This document shows positions 25,918 through 41,972 of a stretch of DNA of 64,000 bases, piece after piece. A model generated the notes under the pieces. That model saw only the letters and a program-made list of their open reading frames with translations, was not told where the DNA came from and made no database searches. This stretch comes from Eledone cirrhosa (lineage: Eukaryota). The position numbers and the translations under genes were made by a program. The first letter of the stretch is position 1. Each line of letters begins with the position of its first letter. The DNA is taken from the NCBI GenBank assembly GCA_964016885.1, contig OZ024743.1, forward strand, positions 79,980,001-80,044,000. The letters are read 5' to 3'.

Positions 25918-26145
25918 CGGACGGGACGTCATATATACTATACGGCTGTGGTAATGATATAAAGGCCAATGATGATGATGATGAGGAGGAGGAGGAGGAT
26001 AAGAAAAATATGGAGGAGGAGCAGGAGATAGTTATAATGATAACAAGATGATGATGATGATGATGAAAATTCAAAATACAATAAAAAAGAAATTATGAGA
26101 TGAGAGAATCTTTTAGATTTCATTGTCAAAACCACATTCTAGAAA

Positions 26146-26288
26146 GTGTGTGTGTGTGTGTGTGTGTATGAATACATGAGTATGTGTGTGTGTGTGTGAG
26201 TATGAATACATGAGTCTGTGTGTGTGTGTGAGTATGAATACATGAGTATGTATGTGTGTGTGTGTGTGTGTGTATGAATGCATGAGTC

Positions 26289-26320
<32 letters not shown>

Positions 26321-26428
26321 AGTATGAATACATGAGTCTGCGTGCGTGTGTGTGTGTGTGTGTGTGAGTATGAATACATGAGTCTGTGTGTGTGTGTGTG
26401 AGTATGAATACATGAGTATGAATACACA
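26146..26428. repeat. Minisatellite GAGTATGAATACATGAGT(C/A) interspersed with (TG)n
   Basis: About 7 repeats read directly. Confidence 0.85.
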
Positions 26429-26429
26429 G

Positions 26430-28590
26430 GTATTACTCAATCTTTAATAGACATATTATTAAACTCTCATATTCCACCACTATGAATTTAGCGCAGAATA
26501 TTAATAGAATTATTAATAGAAACTTAAAACCTAACCAGTATAGCATTAATACCCCTAGCAATATCCAATATAATGTTACGGCTCCCAATAATATAAATTT
26601 AGACAAATGTAATTGTAGAAATAAATCTAACTGTCCTCTAAATAATAATTGTTTAGTTAAAAATATAGTATACAATTGTAATGTCAAAACAAATGAAAAC
26701 TCCTTTAACTATGTCGGCTCTACTTCCACAGACTTTAAATCTCGTTTTAATAACCATAAATGTTCCTTTACGAATATTGGTAAAAAAATCTTCAACTTCT
26801 CTATCTAACTTATTATGGGACCTGAAATCCAAGAATATTAACTATTCTTTACTTTGGAAAATTATTTCCAAAGCTCCTTCATACACTGCTTTATCCCAAA
26901 ATTGTTCTCTTTGTGTTCAAGAAATATTCTTTATACTAAAAATAAGAACTCTATTAATTTGCGAAATAATTTATTCAGTTCCTGCAAACATCATTTAAAC
27001 TCAACTTTTAAATATATATATAAAATGTAATATATGATTTATCTCTTTTACATAATGTCTTCTATATCTATATATGATTCATATCTCTACTTCACATATA
27101 TATACTATATACTTTATATTATTACACCTATCGATAGATTATAAAAAAATGTTTATATGACTGCTTGAAACTCCTTTAAGAAAAATTTTTTTCTTGAAAA
27201 ACTTACGGAAGGTTTTAGGAAAAATCTTATGAACATTTTTTTGAAAATTCCTTTGAAAGATATAGAAAAAAACATTATTTTCATACCTTCCGATATTTTT
27301 ATATTTTTTATATCTCCAAACGTTTTTAATATATATATCCAAATGTTTATATATATGTGGAAAAACATATGATTTTTATATATAGTTTTTTTTTATATAT
27401 ATGTGGAATAACCTATGGTTTATGCTTTAAATATATTCTTAAGATAAATTTTTTTTAATGTTTTAATTTTAATGTTAATGTTTTAACTTTATAGCAAGTA
27501 AATTTATGACTTCGTATAAAATAACATATGGCCCATGTTTTAATTATATTCTTAAGATAAAAAATGTTTAACTTTTTAACTTTATAACATTTAATCCTTA
27601 GAGTCATCTGAGTTCTTAAAAAATCACTTCTAACTTCCTTTACACTTCCTTACTGTTTTTATAATATAATAAGTGGTTATTCCTTTGTAAACTCTCGTAA
27701 ATTTTTCATAAATTTAGAATTATTTGGATGTTTAAATTTTGACTTACAACTTTTAATAAAATAAACTATATTAGTTTTGCTCTAATGTAAAATAATATAT
27801 ATTTATTGAAATAATTTATAATCCTTAACATTTAAACTAATTATTAATATTAAATTATTAAATTAAATCTTTAATATTAAGGTAAATTTTAATCTTTAAT
27901 ATTAAGGTACATTTTAATCTTTAATTTTGATTTCTAATTTTTAATTTTAATTTAATTTTAATCTAATTTTCAACCTATCATTATAAGTATTATAATCAAA
28001 ACGTAATGAATCCTGTATTATAAATATTATTCTTCCACGCTATTCTCATTTCTTCTCTCATTTAGATATACTTAGGCTGTCTATATTTATCTCTTCATGC
28101 ACTCTATTTTCACTATCAATATATATAATCGTTCTTTCTTTCCTCTTCTATCTTTCTCCTTTCTTTTTTTCTTTTTTCTTTTTTTTCGTTTTTCTATTTT
28201 TTTCTCTCTCCTTTACATATCATCTCCTTCCAACAGTTTAATTTAAATAAACCGTTATCTTTTCAACCTTTCGGACATTCATTTGCATACTGACTCATAA
28301 TTTTATATCACCATCAATAAATGTACTATCTCCACTATCCAGGAAGCTCCAACCGTTCAGGTTGTCTTTTTTTCCGGGTATGTCAATATTTATTTATAAA
28401 ACAAATCTGTAATTTATCTGATGAAAGCGCACCATAATTTGCCTTGGTTGTTCTTGAAATATGTATAATAAAATAAATATGGTTTTATAAATATAGTTTC
28501 CATTTATTAATATATTGTTTATTTACTCCACTAACTGTTGAGTGCTTTATAGCAGTTATAAAAATGTTTAAATTAAATATAACCTCTGCA
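26430..28590 (+). mobile_element. 5'-truncated PLE: frameshifted GIY-YIG (26440-27000), long AT-rich 3'UTR, terminal hammerhead (28413-28472)
   Basis: KLSYSTT..CNCRNKSNCPLNNNCLVKNIVYNC..YVGSTSTDFKSRFNNH../LWKIISKA..CSLCVQE; TTTAT-CTGATGA-..-GAAA-TATGTA-TA-ATAAA. Confidence 0.88.
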
Positions 28591-28605
28591 TATATATATA
28601 TATAT

Positions 28606-28718
28606 ATAGGAAAAAGTATGACCCCGACGGCAGAGCACAAGCCGTTTCGACGAAATAGCTGTCGAAACGGCTTGAGCTCTGCCGTCGGGGTCATACTTGT
28701 TCCTATTTCCCACTCAGT
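28606..28718 (+). mobile_element. Hairpin-plus-tail mini-element with a different apex (other relatives at 24383-24470 and, diverged, 29118-29290)
   Basis: ATAGG..ACCCCGACGGCAGAGC..CGACGAAATAGCTGTCG..GCTCTGCCGTCGGGGTC..CCTAT next to (TA)n. Confidence 0.8.
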
Positions 28719-29068
28719 TGGCTGTCTTTAGTTAGAGATAGTTGTAAATATCTTCCTTCTATACGATCGTTTCTGTGTAATATAACTTTACAAATGTAAA
28801 TTTTACTTCTGCAATATTCAGAAAATCACGTAAAGTCACCGGATATTTGCGTAATCGGGCTATTACATGTCTTCAGCGGGTGCCCATATCATACGATGGT
28901 TCCGTGCTGTGTGAGGTAGCCTTCACTACTGGATCTAGCAGTTCGATTCCTGGACCGGGCGATGACATTTTATTTCAAGTTGCTCGTTCTACCTGGAGTT
29001 GCGACCGATAGATAGTATTAGCAATTGGAAAGACAAATGGAAACATTGTTCCCTTCTTATATTTCCTT

Positions 29069-29112
<44 letters not shown>

Positions 29113-30157
29113 ATTTAATATAGAAATGGCCTCTACAGGAATAGATCTGTTTCATTCGAAGGAAATCATCAGGCTTTCCTGGTGATTTCCTTCGAATTAA
29201 ACAGTTCTAGTCCTGTAGAAGACTTTTTTATATAAAATTTTGTATATACTCTACTAATGTATTGAGTACCTTACTTACTGTGGTTACCACAGATTGGATA
29301 CATAACTCACACACCAACACACACACACACTCACACTCATACACATACACGCACACATAGGAAAGGTTTTATACAGATCACGTGATATAAGGTAAATGAT
29401 TGAAAGATGATTGGAAAAGCGCACCTGGCATAATATATAAAAAAGGTTCTTTGAAACGTGGACAATTGATATTGGCAAACCCTGTTTTCTCCGTTTTGGA
29501 TCTTGAAATGGTTTGTTCTTAGGTTGAATTGTTTTTCCGTTAAAACCCCTGCAAGCTGATTTTCGAACACATTGGGATTCTCACATTTCTAAATTTCAAA
29601 TCTCCTAGCATATCAAAACTTTAAAAGATTTGTTTAAATCCGGCCTCGCTCTATGTTCAAAAGTTGTCTAGTATAGCATCTTAAATTGTCAAGAAAATGA
29701 ATATTCACACTGTATTGAAGGGATGCGACTGTAACTCTTCGTTGGTGTCACTGGCCTTTTTATCCACCTCTAGCTATCAAGTGTTAGTACAGTTGTTTCC
29801 AACTTTTTGAATTTTCACATTTAAAAATATATATAGGTGTCTGGCATTCTCACTGCTACTGAGATACCTGTGACATGATCACGGCTGCAAACACGTTCAA
29901 TGTGAGACTCTCGCTACTTTATTATAAATAAACATATCATATATGCTTTCATATAAACTCAACCATATATATGTATATATATAACATAGTGTTAGTTTGC
30001 TTGAAGCATTGTTGAACAAGGAAATATAAACTTAAATAATTTTAAAAGCCATACAATGCATTAGAAAATTAAAAGGAACAAGATAACGATAGAATTTTAC
30101 CTTAGCAAATATATATATATACATACATATATATATACGTATACACACACACACATA

Positions 30158-30222
<65 letters not shown>

Positions 30223-30687
30223 ACACACATATATATATATGTGTATATATATATATATATAAACTGGATTACTACAGCAAATGCAAAACGCAAGCTTGCG
30301 CATTTCGTTAGCATGTTACGTAATGCCAACTTTCGCCATATTTATTATCAAGTTTTTTTCTACTATATATAGACGTGAGTCTACATGTGAACACATATCT
30401 TAGACGTTTCGATTCCAGAGTCAGGATCGATCATTAATCGATCGTTCCTCGAGCTAATCGATAGTGAAACATATGTAATATGTAATTAAATATGTATATG
30501 ATGTAACACTGATTCTTTGTCCCCTTATAAATGTATATCTGTATATATATGCGTGTGTGTGTCTATGTATGTGTGTGTGTTTGTGTGTTTGTGTGTGTGT
30601 GTGTGATAGTAGGTAGGAGTATAAGTCTATGAACAACTGGGCTTGTATTTGTTAATGTGCTATCGACTGTATTTACGTGTATCTTTA

Positions 30688-30809
<122 letters not shown>

Positions 30810-30978
30810 TGAGTTATAAACTCGAGATTGTCATTTACACTTATTTTAAATCGAGACAGGCAAACCATATTATGTTAAATTAGTATTTTTCAACCTAGCT
30901 TTCAACCTAGCTAACTTGGTCATTTGCAATTCGAACATATGTATAATTGTATAGGTGTTCAACCCCCATATATTCATT

Positions 30979-31023
<45 letters not shown>

Positions 31024-31785
31024 TATATATAAAATATATATATATGTGTGGGGGGGGGGGTATATATTCATATATATCTGTATAACTTTACTTTGATAAC
31101 TTTGATACTATGTATATATATGTTGATTTTTCCCTGGATTTCACCAAATTCTGTGGATGAATCTATATCTTGATTCTTTTTGAATTGAGTTTGAATTATT
31201 TTCCCACATCTTACTCTAACTATTTTTCCATTTTGACGCTATAGTCACTTATATATTATGGAATACTGTTGGCTTCTTGCTACAATAATTTCTATACTTT
31301 TCATTTATATATATATATATATATATATATACTCTTTTACTCATTTACCAGTTTGAGCCATCCGGCTGAGGCCATGCTGGGGCATATATGCCTGCATGTG
31401 TGTATATGTATGTATATATATATTATATATGTGTCTGTATGTGTCTATATGTGTATATGTTTATATTATATATGAGTCTGCATGTGTGAATATGTGTGTA
31501 TATATATTATATATGTGTCTGCATGTGTGTCTGCATGTGTGTATATTATGTATATATCTGCAGGTGTGTATATGTGTATATATATATTATATATGTGTCT
31601 ACATGTCGGTATATTTCAGCAACTTTGCCACGTGACATTTTTCTCTTCCAGTATTACATTTCATTGTTTATCTTCCTCTCAAATCCATTTATTTGTATGA
31701 CCTGCATTGTTTCCCCTTACATCCCACATTGCCCCACATTCTCTCTATCTCCCCCCTTCTCTTTATTTCTGTGTCTCTGTCTCTA

Positions 31786-31865
<80 letters not shown>

Positions 31866-31988
31866 ACTCTCTATCTTCTTGTGTGTCGATGAATCGATTA
31901 ACACACACCAATCAATCACCTTTATGTATACATTTACCGAACTGTTTGTTAAACATGCTGCACCTTGTTTCACACACACAGACATATG

Positions 31989-32051
<63 letters not shown>

Positions 32052-32134
32052 GGATGATATATGTACGTATATATATATATATATACGTACATATATCATC
32101 CGTATATATATATATATACCTTTCTATACCTTTC

Positions 32135-32214
<80 letters not shown>

Positions 32215-32233
32215 GTATATATATATATGTACG

Positions 32234-32267
<34 letters not shown>

Positions 32268-32305
32268 AACGTAACAGTGTATGTATTTATTTATAATGTG
32301 AGTGG

Positions 32306-32370
32306 ATTGTTTTAAAATCATAACAAAAAAATGTGGTTGGAAAACTGTGTCATTGTTATTATATTACTGT

Positions 32371-32437
<67 letters not shown>

Positions 32438-32504
32438 AACAGTAATATAATAACAATGACACAGTTTTCCAACCACATTTTTTTGTTATGATTTTAAAAC
32501 AATA
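32306..32504. repeat. Inverted repeat with ~70-bp arms centred on a (TA)n tract
   Basis: TTGTTTTAAAATCATAAC...TTACTGTTG / CAACAGTAA...GTTATGATTTTAAAACAA. Confidence 0.9.
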
Positions 32505-32543
32505 TATATATATATATATACATATATATATAAATACATATAT

Positions 32544-32605
<62 letters not shown>

Positions 32606-32966
32606 TTACTGTTGTTGTTGTTGTTGTTGTTGATATTTATTTATATATTTATTTACGGATTTCTTTTCTTTTCTTTTCTCTGAATTGGCGAAGTTTTAAA
32701 TAGCAAAATTACTTGCTGTTATAACAATTGTATGATCTTATGACATCAAAGTATTGTAATAGAGAGCGTATTGGAAGAGTGGAGGGGGGGGGGGGTAGAA
32801 GAAGAAGAAGAAGAAGAAGAAGAAGAAGAAGAAGAAGAAAAATCCACCATTTTGAAAAGATGTAGCGGCTAAATAAACAGAAAACAAATAGCAGTTGATT
32901 CAACGTGAGGAAACCATTGTTTGTTATATATTGTTTGTTATATATATATTTTATGTATACACACAC

Positions 32967-33014
<48 letters not shown>

Positions 33015-33359
33015 TGTATATATATATATGTGTGCGTGTGTGTGTGTATATATGTATATATTTTATGTATACACACACACATATATATATATATATACTG
33101 TATATATATATATATGTGTGTGTGTGTGTATATATATGTATATATATATATTATGTATACATATATGTACAAATGTACTCAAATATATATAAAATATATA
33201 TATCTACGTATGTACATATATACATATATATATACATATGTATGTATGTGTGTGTGTGTGTGTGTGTGTGTATTATTTCCACACATATTGCGAGCGATTG
33301 TTTTATAGTGAATCGATGAACGATAACATGAGTTTCTATGACTACCACTACAGTGTTGA

Positions 33360-33830
33360 GGAGGACGAAGAAGTTGATAATGAGGATGGTGATGTTGGTG
33401 ATGGTGGTGATGATGATGATGATGGTGATGATGGTGATGAATGTGATGATGGTGATTTTGATGATTATGATGATGATGATGGTGATGTTGGTGATGGTGG
33501 TGATGATGGTGATGATGGTGATGATGGTGTTGAATGTGATGATGGTGATGATGATGATTATGATGATGATGATGGTGATGTTGGTGATGGTGGTGATGAT
33601 GGTGATGATGGTGATGATGGTGATATTGGTGATGGTGGTGATGATGATGATGATGATGATGATGGTATTGATGATAATGATGGTGATGATGATGGTGATG
33701 GTGATGATGATGTTGATGATGATGATGGTGATGATGATAATGGTGATGATGATGATGATGATGGTGATAATGGTGATGATGATGATGGTGATGATGATGG
33801 TGATGGTGGTGATAGTGGTATTGATGATAA
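33360..33830. repeat. Compound (GAT/GGT)n microsatellite
   Basis: Direct reading. Confidence 0.95.
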
Positions 33831-34158
33831 TTATATTTAATGAAAACATAATGATATAACATTTTTACTTACTGTGATGACGGATATTGATGGAACACGT
33901 CTTATATACACACACACACACACGCGTGTGTCCATGCACACACACACATATATATATATTTACACAGCACACATTCATACATACACAATCGAATCATATA
34001 TACATATATACATAAACATATATATATATATATATATACATACATACATACAGACAGACATACATACATATATATATATACATATATATATATACATATA
34101 TATATATACATATATATATATACATGCATTCATACATATATACATACACATACACATA

Positions 34159-34234
<76 letters not shown>

Positions 34235-35889
34235 CATTCCTACATAATTATTTATGTCTGTGTGCGTGTTTGACCCTTCAGCTTTCATTTTTCTTTCAAC
34301 CCCACCCTACCCAGAATCCTCATTCAATTCGTTAATTATCTTGATTTATCGATGTTTATTATTCTCTAATGAGACAAAGTCTCCCATTCAATATGACGGT
34401 AATCTTGCAATTAAAACTTATTGTTCGATTCTTTAGCTAAATAAAAGCTCAATGTTATTACTTGTTCACCATATTGTTCTCTGTCGGTTTTTTCTTCTTC
34501 TCTATAAACATCCAATAGACTTAACTATTTTCCTCAATAATGAATATCATTTTCAAAAATCTTCATTTTTCTCTTCCATATTTGTAAAATTTGCTTTGTT
34601 GATGCTCTTTATTTTCATTTTATATGTTTTGTTTTTTTTATCTGATAATAACATGTGTTGTATTTGTGCTTTCTTTTTAAATGTTCATTTAGTCTGGATT
34701 TTATTCTAGTACTACCTCCTATCTTCGGCTGAATGATTATGTAAAGATTTAAATAAGCTTTTCTTTTCCTTTTTTTAGTTATAGAATATGAGAAATGAAA
34801 GTTTTACAGTTACATGTTGCTACTAACTTTAACTAACCACTCAATAAGGTTATATTATACACACAAATAGCATTATAAACTAAGTTTTTTAATTGGAAAC
34901 TTAGCTCTTCTATTTTCCGTACAATCTGTCTGGAGGTTATGTGGGTACATGAAACGATGAGCCAAGGGCGCCCCTAAAGTAGATGGTGAGATCAGACCCT
35001 AAAATGGCCAGAATTCAAGGCAATGGCAACGAACAAGGTGTCTGTCTAAAATCTGTCATGGAGGTATGAAACCTGGAAAGAGAAAGCGAGAATATTTGAG
35101 GTGTGTCTTATACATGTCATTAAAATATTAACTTCCCGACAACCCGGTTTCAGAGCTCTGCCTATTACTTTGATCAAGTTTTTTCTATTAAAGCCCCGAG
35201 TCACACCATTGAATTTTAAGTGAACTTTCTATTAATGAAACTGAGTATAAGCTCGTTATAGTGACTGTTGCTTAGTCCTTGGGTGACTTTAGATATATTA
35301 ACTCTCTTGCAAGCCAGAATACTTAATATTCAAACTCAACATGACATCCTAACGTATCCAAATATATGGACATTACTCAAGATTTGGTTTGTAGATTTCG
35401 GTAGTTTCCTGCGGGCTGTATCTCATAAGAGGTGTCTCGGGGGTTTTAACTATCATCTCACATTCTTGTTGTTAGAACTCACATCTATGTAGTTTTAACT
35501 GGCCTCCTAAGAGACACCGCAAGTGTTTTAATGTTAAAAACCGTAGTCCTATCTTGAACCACAACTTACAATGAAACGTTACCCTCAACAACATAACACA
35601 CAGCTATGATCTTGGTTCCATGTAGCTTGGAATGAAGATCCCTTTCAAGTTTATGTTAATAACGATTGGAATTAACTTTAGAAGAAGGGGTTTATATTTT
35701 AGCAATGTCGAGGTAATGCTACAAATTATTAGGTGTTGTCGCTCTAAAGCAGTGTTACCAAACGGAGTCCTCACCACTCCTAGCTTGTAGTTATGTGTCT
35801 TGTCATGAGCAAAATCTTAATGGTGGGGATTGACATTTAGAGGTTTTAGAGTGTGATATCATCATCATTAGAGAAGTAAATATAAATAT

Positions 35890-36160
35890 TGGAGCTCCGT
35901 CAGTTCCGACAATGAATGCTCCAATTGTTAGAACAGACAGCTAACTAAATTAAGGTGTAAGTGGTTGAAAATTATACAGACATGTGTACCTTTAATGTAA
36001 TTCTCGGGGAGATTCAGCGTCACACATTGAGTGACAAGACGGCTCCTTCTAAGGGATCTAGAACTAAGTGAAATAAAGTATTTTATTGAATGACACTACC
36101 TGGAATCGAACTTACAAACTTACCATTGTGAGTCGGACACTCTACCGCTTAACCCACACA
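35890..36160 (-). mobile_element. tRNA-derived SINE family B (fragments also at 20371-20480 +, 53170-53358 -, 60820-60980 -)
   Basis: A-box TGGGTTAAGCGGT and B-box GTTCGATTCC on the minus strand; shared body GAGATTCAGCGT.AC. Confidence 0.65.
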
Positions 36161-36571
36161 TCTTTGTGAAGTAAAGATATGGAAGAACAACCGACTTTGG
36201 GGTCAGATTTGATTTTATTAGATTAATATAATGTTGTACATATATATACACATATATATATACTTCAATACCAGCATAGACACATATATACACATATATA
36301 TACTTCAATACCAGCGTAGACACATATGTACATATATATATATATATACTTCAACACTAACATAGACACATATATACTTTAATACTAACATAGACACACA
36401 TATATATATACATATATATACTTCAATACTAATATAGACACATATATATACATATATACTTTAATACCGACATAGACACATATATATATACATATATATA
36501 CTTCAATACTAATATAGACATATATATATATATATATACTTCAATACTAATATAGACACATACATACATAT

Positions 36572-37710
36572 ATATGGTATAAACGTTTGGAGTTGTAAGG
36601 CCAAGACAATGCAGGTATGGATATAGAATATAAATGCAAATGCAAAATATATTGTTGACAATTAGTCTTTTACCTTTAGCCATCCGCAGAGCTATCAGAC
36701 GAGAGGGACTAGATATCCAACTAACCCACTCAGTACCTTCTCTACGCGGACAGTTAACCAAAAGACACTCAACCAGACATGACAGCCGCTGCAGGCTAGC
36801 CAACAGCCCCATCAACGACACAGACCTATGCCACCAGGCCTGCGTCGTATACAGATTAGAGTGCGACAAATGCAGGAATTTCTACGTAGGTAGCACCACC
36901 AGACCACTTCACATAAGAATAAAAGAACACCTCAATACTAACGCTTCCTCATTTAAGAAATACCTAGTGAAATACATAAACACCGACAAAACATAACAGT
37001 TAGGATAGAAGCTAAGGAAAGAAACCTCGGCAATCTTAGAATTAAAGAAGCATTAATTTTAGACAAAACGCAACCACCAATCAATAATAGACTAGAACTC
37101 AACACCCAATTTTTAACATGATAGAGCACCTAACCCCACACTTACACCCCCTCTCACACACACGCACACACACACGCACGCGCGCACACACACACACACA
37201 TACACACACACGCTTACACCTCCACTTATTCTCTCACACACACATACACACACAAAGACCAGTTTTAACATGATAGAGCATCTAGCCTCCACATTTACGT
37301 ATAGACATATCTTCTCACACTCACACACACACGCGCATACTTACGCCTTCACGTATTCTCCCACACACTTAAACATACATGTACAACACTCCTTTTAAAG
37401 GGAGACTACTCTTTATCCACCTAACCTTCACTCTCTGACATTAGAGATAGAATGGAATCTCTATATCATTTCCTGTCAGCATAACTTGGCAAGCTAATTA
37501 GAACACTGGATTAACCTCTTTACTTCCCTCCGAAGAAGAGATATTATCTCGAAAATTAAGGATATTTAAATAAATTTAAGGTAAAAGACTAATTGTCAAC
37601 AATATCTTTTGCATTTGCATTTATATTCTATATCCATACCTGCATTGTCTTGGCCTTACAACTTCAAACGTTTATACCTTATTACACAATGCTTCAAGTT
37701 AACTACAACT
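36572..37710 (+). mobile_element. 5'-truncated PLE with GIY-YIG remnant (36680-37115), hammerhead (37527-37561, CCGAAGA core) and an inverted pLTR piece at its 5' end
   Basis: CHQACVVYRLECDKCRNFYVGSTTRPLHIRIKEH; 36577-36675 is the reverse complement of about 37580-37678. Confidence 0.88.
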
Positions 37711-37964
37711 TCATACATATATATACTTCAATACCGACATAGACACATATATACACACATATATACTTTTGTCCTGCTGGACAAAAAACAAAACCTGACA
37801 AAGGGCGGAATAACTCATAAGAGTCAACGGCCACCCAAAAATGTGTACATATGTATGTACATGTGTATGTAAGTATGTATGTATGTATGTATGTATGTAT
37901 GTATGTATGTATGTATGCATGTATGTATGTGTCTGTCTGTATGTATGTATGTATGTATGTATGC

Positions 37965-37996
<32 letters not shown>

Positions 37997-38938
37997 GTAT
38001 GTATGTATGTATGTATGTATGTATGTATGTATGTATGTATGTATGTATGTGTGTATGTATGTATGTATGTATGTATGTATGTATGTATGTATGTATGTGT
38101 GTATGTATGTATGTGTATGCATATGTATGTAAATGCACGGGAACATAGAAATAGTCGGGCTGGATACCCGATCGCGCGGTTAAACCACTGGGAGTGAAGG
38201 ACCCCTAGTCTTTGTCAGGGCATTCTTCTAGGAGAAGGTAACTCAGGAAACTTGGATAACTCCGACATAAAACCAGCGGCTCAGTAGTTACCGATGATGT
38301 TGATCTTTTCTTCTTTTCGGGTTATAGCTACTGTCTCTCAGAGAGTGGGATTGGCTCAGTGCACAGTCTTTCCTCACTTAAAAAAAATCTTCACGCACAG
38401 GCATTGCACGATGGAGTTAATTGATAATTAATTAATAATTATTAATAATGTTATATCGTGCAATTGCAATACTCGATAACGAGGGGGCAACCATCATATA
38501 TACCTCAATACTAACATAGACACATATATACACACATATATACCTCAATACTAATATAAACACATATATACATGCATATACATACATTACATATGGTGGG
38601 TTGTGGCATTTGTAGTAGGCTGTATGTTGTAGGTTGATCTTCTAGAAATAGTAGGAACAACAGCAACAACAACAACAACAGCAGCAATAACAGCAATAAC
38701 AACAACTGTAGCAATAACAGCAATAACAACAACAACAGTAGCAATAACAGCAGTAACAACAACAACAGTAGCAATAACAGCAGTAACAACAACAACAGTA
38801 GCAATAATAGCAGTAACAACAACAACAGTAGCAATAACAGCAGTAACAACAACAGCAACAACAACAGTAGCAGCAGCAGCCCTAAAACAGTAGTATCTTC
38901 ATCAACTACAACAACGTCAGTGACAACAAGGACAAGAA

Positions 38939-39015
<77 letters not shown>

Positions 39016-39035
39016 AGAAGAAGAAGAAGAAGAAG

Positions 39036-39066
<31 letters not shown>

Positions 39067-40622
39067 GAGATGAAGTGATTGTCATCGACCAGTATGTATG
39101 AAACATTATTACTGTTCAGCATGAAGTCAGCAGCGCCGCCCTGGTGACAGATTACGGAAACAAGGAAACCTTTGATTAGTTTCTTCCGAAGGACTCGATC
39201 AATTCGATCAGTATATTTCTTTCTCTTTGTATTTAGTAGAAAAGAAGAATTCTTAGCTTTTTCCATATAAATTATTAATTTCACCAAATCTTTAGAAAAT
39301 ATGAAAATATCAGCCTTAAACTTGAACTGATTGTTATTGGAATGAAGCATATAACATTTTAAAAATTCATCGTATCTTTTTGACAAGACACATTCCAAAT
39401 GTGACAAAATAGACAATGTCTTCCTCACTCCCAGAGGGGATTCGCCGAGAAAAGAAGAACTTTGCAGAATTTACCGAAATCCTTTATTCTTCATTCTTCA
39501 TTCTTTCATCACTTCTGCGAAATATGGAGAAAACAAACAGTTTCCAATTCTTTAATTTTATCACTGGTGTCGCTAAAACGTCGTATGAGATGTGTGACTG
39601 CGCAGTGCAGTGCCTCTCTGTCTATGCGGGTGTGTGTGTGTGTGACAGTGCAGGGGGACTGCCGGTGTGTCTGTATACAAGTGTGTGTGTGTGTGTGGCA
39701 GACTGTGCAGGGAGTATGTCTGTGTGTCTGTATATGTGTGAGGATGGAGAAGTGTGTGTGTGTGACTGCGACACGGTCGTCGCTGTGCAGGGAGCAAGTA
39801 TGTGTGTGTGTGACTGTGTATCTGTGTGTATGTTTACGTCTGTGTGTGACTGTGTCAAGGTTTGTGCAGGGATTATGCCAGCCTGTGTTGTGTGTGTATC
39901 TGTGTGTATTTCTGTGCACGAGATATGCCTGTGTCTGTGTGTCTGTACCAATCCATGTATCACTGTGTCAACCTTTCTGCAATGAGACGATCTCTGCGTG
40001 TGTGTGTATGTGCATGTCCATCTGTGTGTGTGTTCCTGGTGTGTCGGTGCGCATGTGTCAATAATTAGCAGTTTAATGATGATGCAGAGAAAATAAGCAG
40101 TACGTTCTCGTGTGATTCTTGTCACAAAGATGCTTGCGATACATTGTATAATGAGCTTTCTCATGTCTTCTGTCGCCGACTCTCACCAATTCTCGCTCAA
40201 GACAGGCATTAGCTTGCTATATAAGATACAGTAAGTTCTCGCGTGACTCTTCTATTGCATATTCTCGCCACAAAGACACGTTGTAGCTTACTATAGATTG
40301 TATAGTGACTTATAACGTGCCATCTTCCTATCAACTCTCACACACTCTCGCCACCAAGACACGGTGTAGCTATACAATATACAGTTTGTTCTCTTGTGGT
40401 CGCTTATTATCGCCGAGTCTCGTCGAATAGAAACTATGTATCTCGTTATACAATATCCAGTGAATCTGTCAATATTCTTGCCTCAAAGACACGCGGTATA
40501 CATTTAAAAGAAAAAAATAGAAGTTGATGATATCTAATTAAAACTCGGAAGACTCCGCTTAAATTTATTACCAGGTTACAATTTCTGTGTCATTATTGAA
40601 GGTATAAATAAGCCATGGATAA

Positions 40623-40702
<80 letters not shown>

Positions 40703-40985
40703 CGTGCTTTGTATTTTCTTGTTCTTTCTCCCCTAACTAATTATCTAGCTGTTTATCTACATATCTGACATTCTGTCTGTGTCTGTCTATCTACCTCCCC
40801 CCTCTCAATGTAATAATATTTACTCCAAACCACGTCAGCCAGCTACAGTTTTTGTGACAATTGCCATGTTAAAACGAGGCTCTAATAAATTTATAATGGA
40901 TTTGATCTCGAAAAACCTTTTTTCATTTATGGTGTAGAAAGTAATTTACAACACACACACACTCACACAAACGCAGTGATGTGTG

Positions 40986-41116
<131 letters not shown>

Positions 41117-41868
41117 ATGTGTGTGTGAGCTTGTTAAATTTGACAAGAAACCTAATAAAATAAGCTATACAAGAATCACTAAAATGTTCCATTAAACCGT
41201 GTCTTTCATTTAATTAAAACCTTCTCTAAAACAATAGATATCCCCTTTTCTCCCCCTACCTCTCTCCCCCTCTCCCCCTCCCTCTCACACGATGTTTAAC
41301 TTATACTCCTATCAGTTTATAAATCTAGTTTTGTCTTACAAAATACCAGTTGTTGATGTTCTCTTTAGTTTCCACCAAAATATAAAAATAAAACTATTTT
41401 CCACGACAGAATTCATGTGTCACTAATTTAGGAAAAACTGAACGAAAATTGAGAGTAGAATGAAATTAAACTTTTAGAAATAATTCTAACACACTTATTT
41501 TCTGTACCTATGTATGTATGTATGTATGTATGTATGTATGTATGTATGTATGTATGTATGTATGTATGTATGTATGTATGTATGTGTATGTATGTATGTA
41601 TGTTTGTGTGTATGTATGTATGTATTTATGTATGCGTGTATGTATGTATGTATATGTTTGTATGTAGGTATAAATGTGTATATATATATACATACATACA
41701 TATATGTATGTATGTAGGTAGGTATAAATATATATATATATATATATGTGTGTAGGTGTAAATGTATATATATATGTATGTATGTAGGTATAAATGTATA
41801 TATATATATATATGTATATATGCTTGTATGTAGGTATAAATGTATATATATATATATGTATGTATGTA

Positions 41869-41972
<104 letters not shown>

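Noticed and set aside
34940-35070. RTE/L2 ORF2 C-terminal remnant (GRP...W-like)
   Set aside because: Too short and too decayed to support.
39130-39150. CTCF-like site CACCAGGGCGGCGC on the minus strand
   Set aside because: One-base insertion relative to the core motif and no other support.
38511-39428. 305-aa ORF as a host gene exon
   Set aside because: Mostly (AAC/AGC), (GAAA) and (GAA) repeats; the unique part has no recognisable motif.
39416-40164. Cys/Val-rich or His/Thr-rich ORFs as metal-binding proteins
   Set aside because: Degenerate (TG)n sequence that is open in several frames on both strands.
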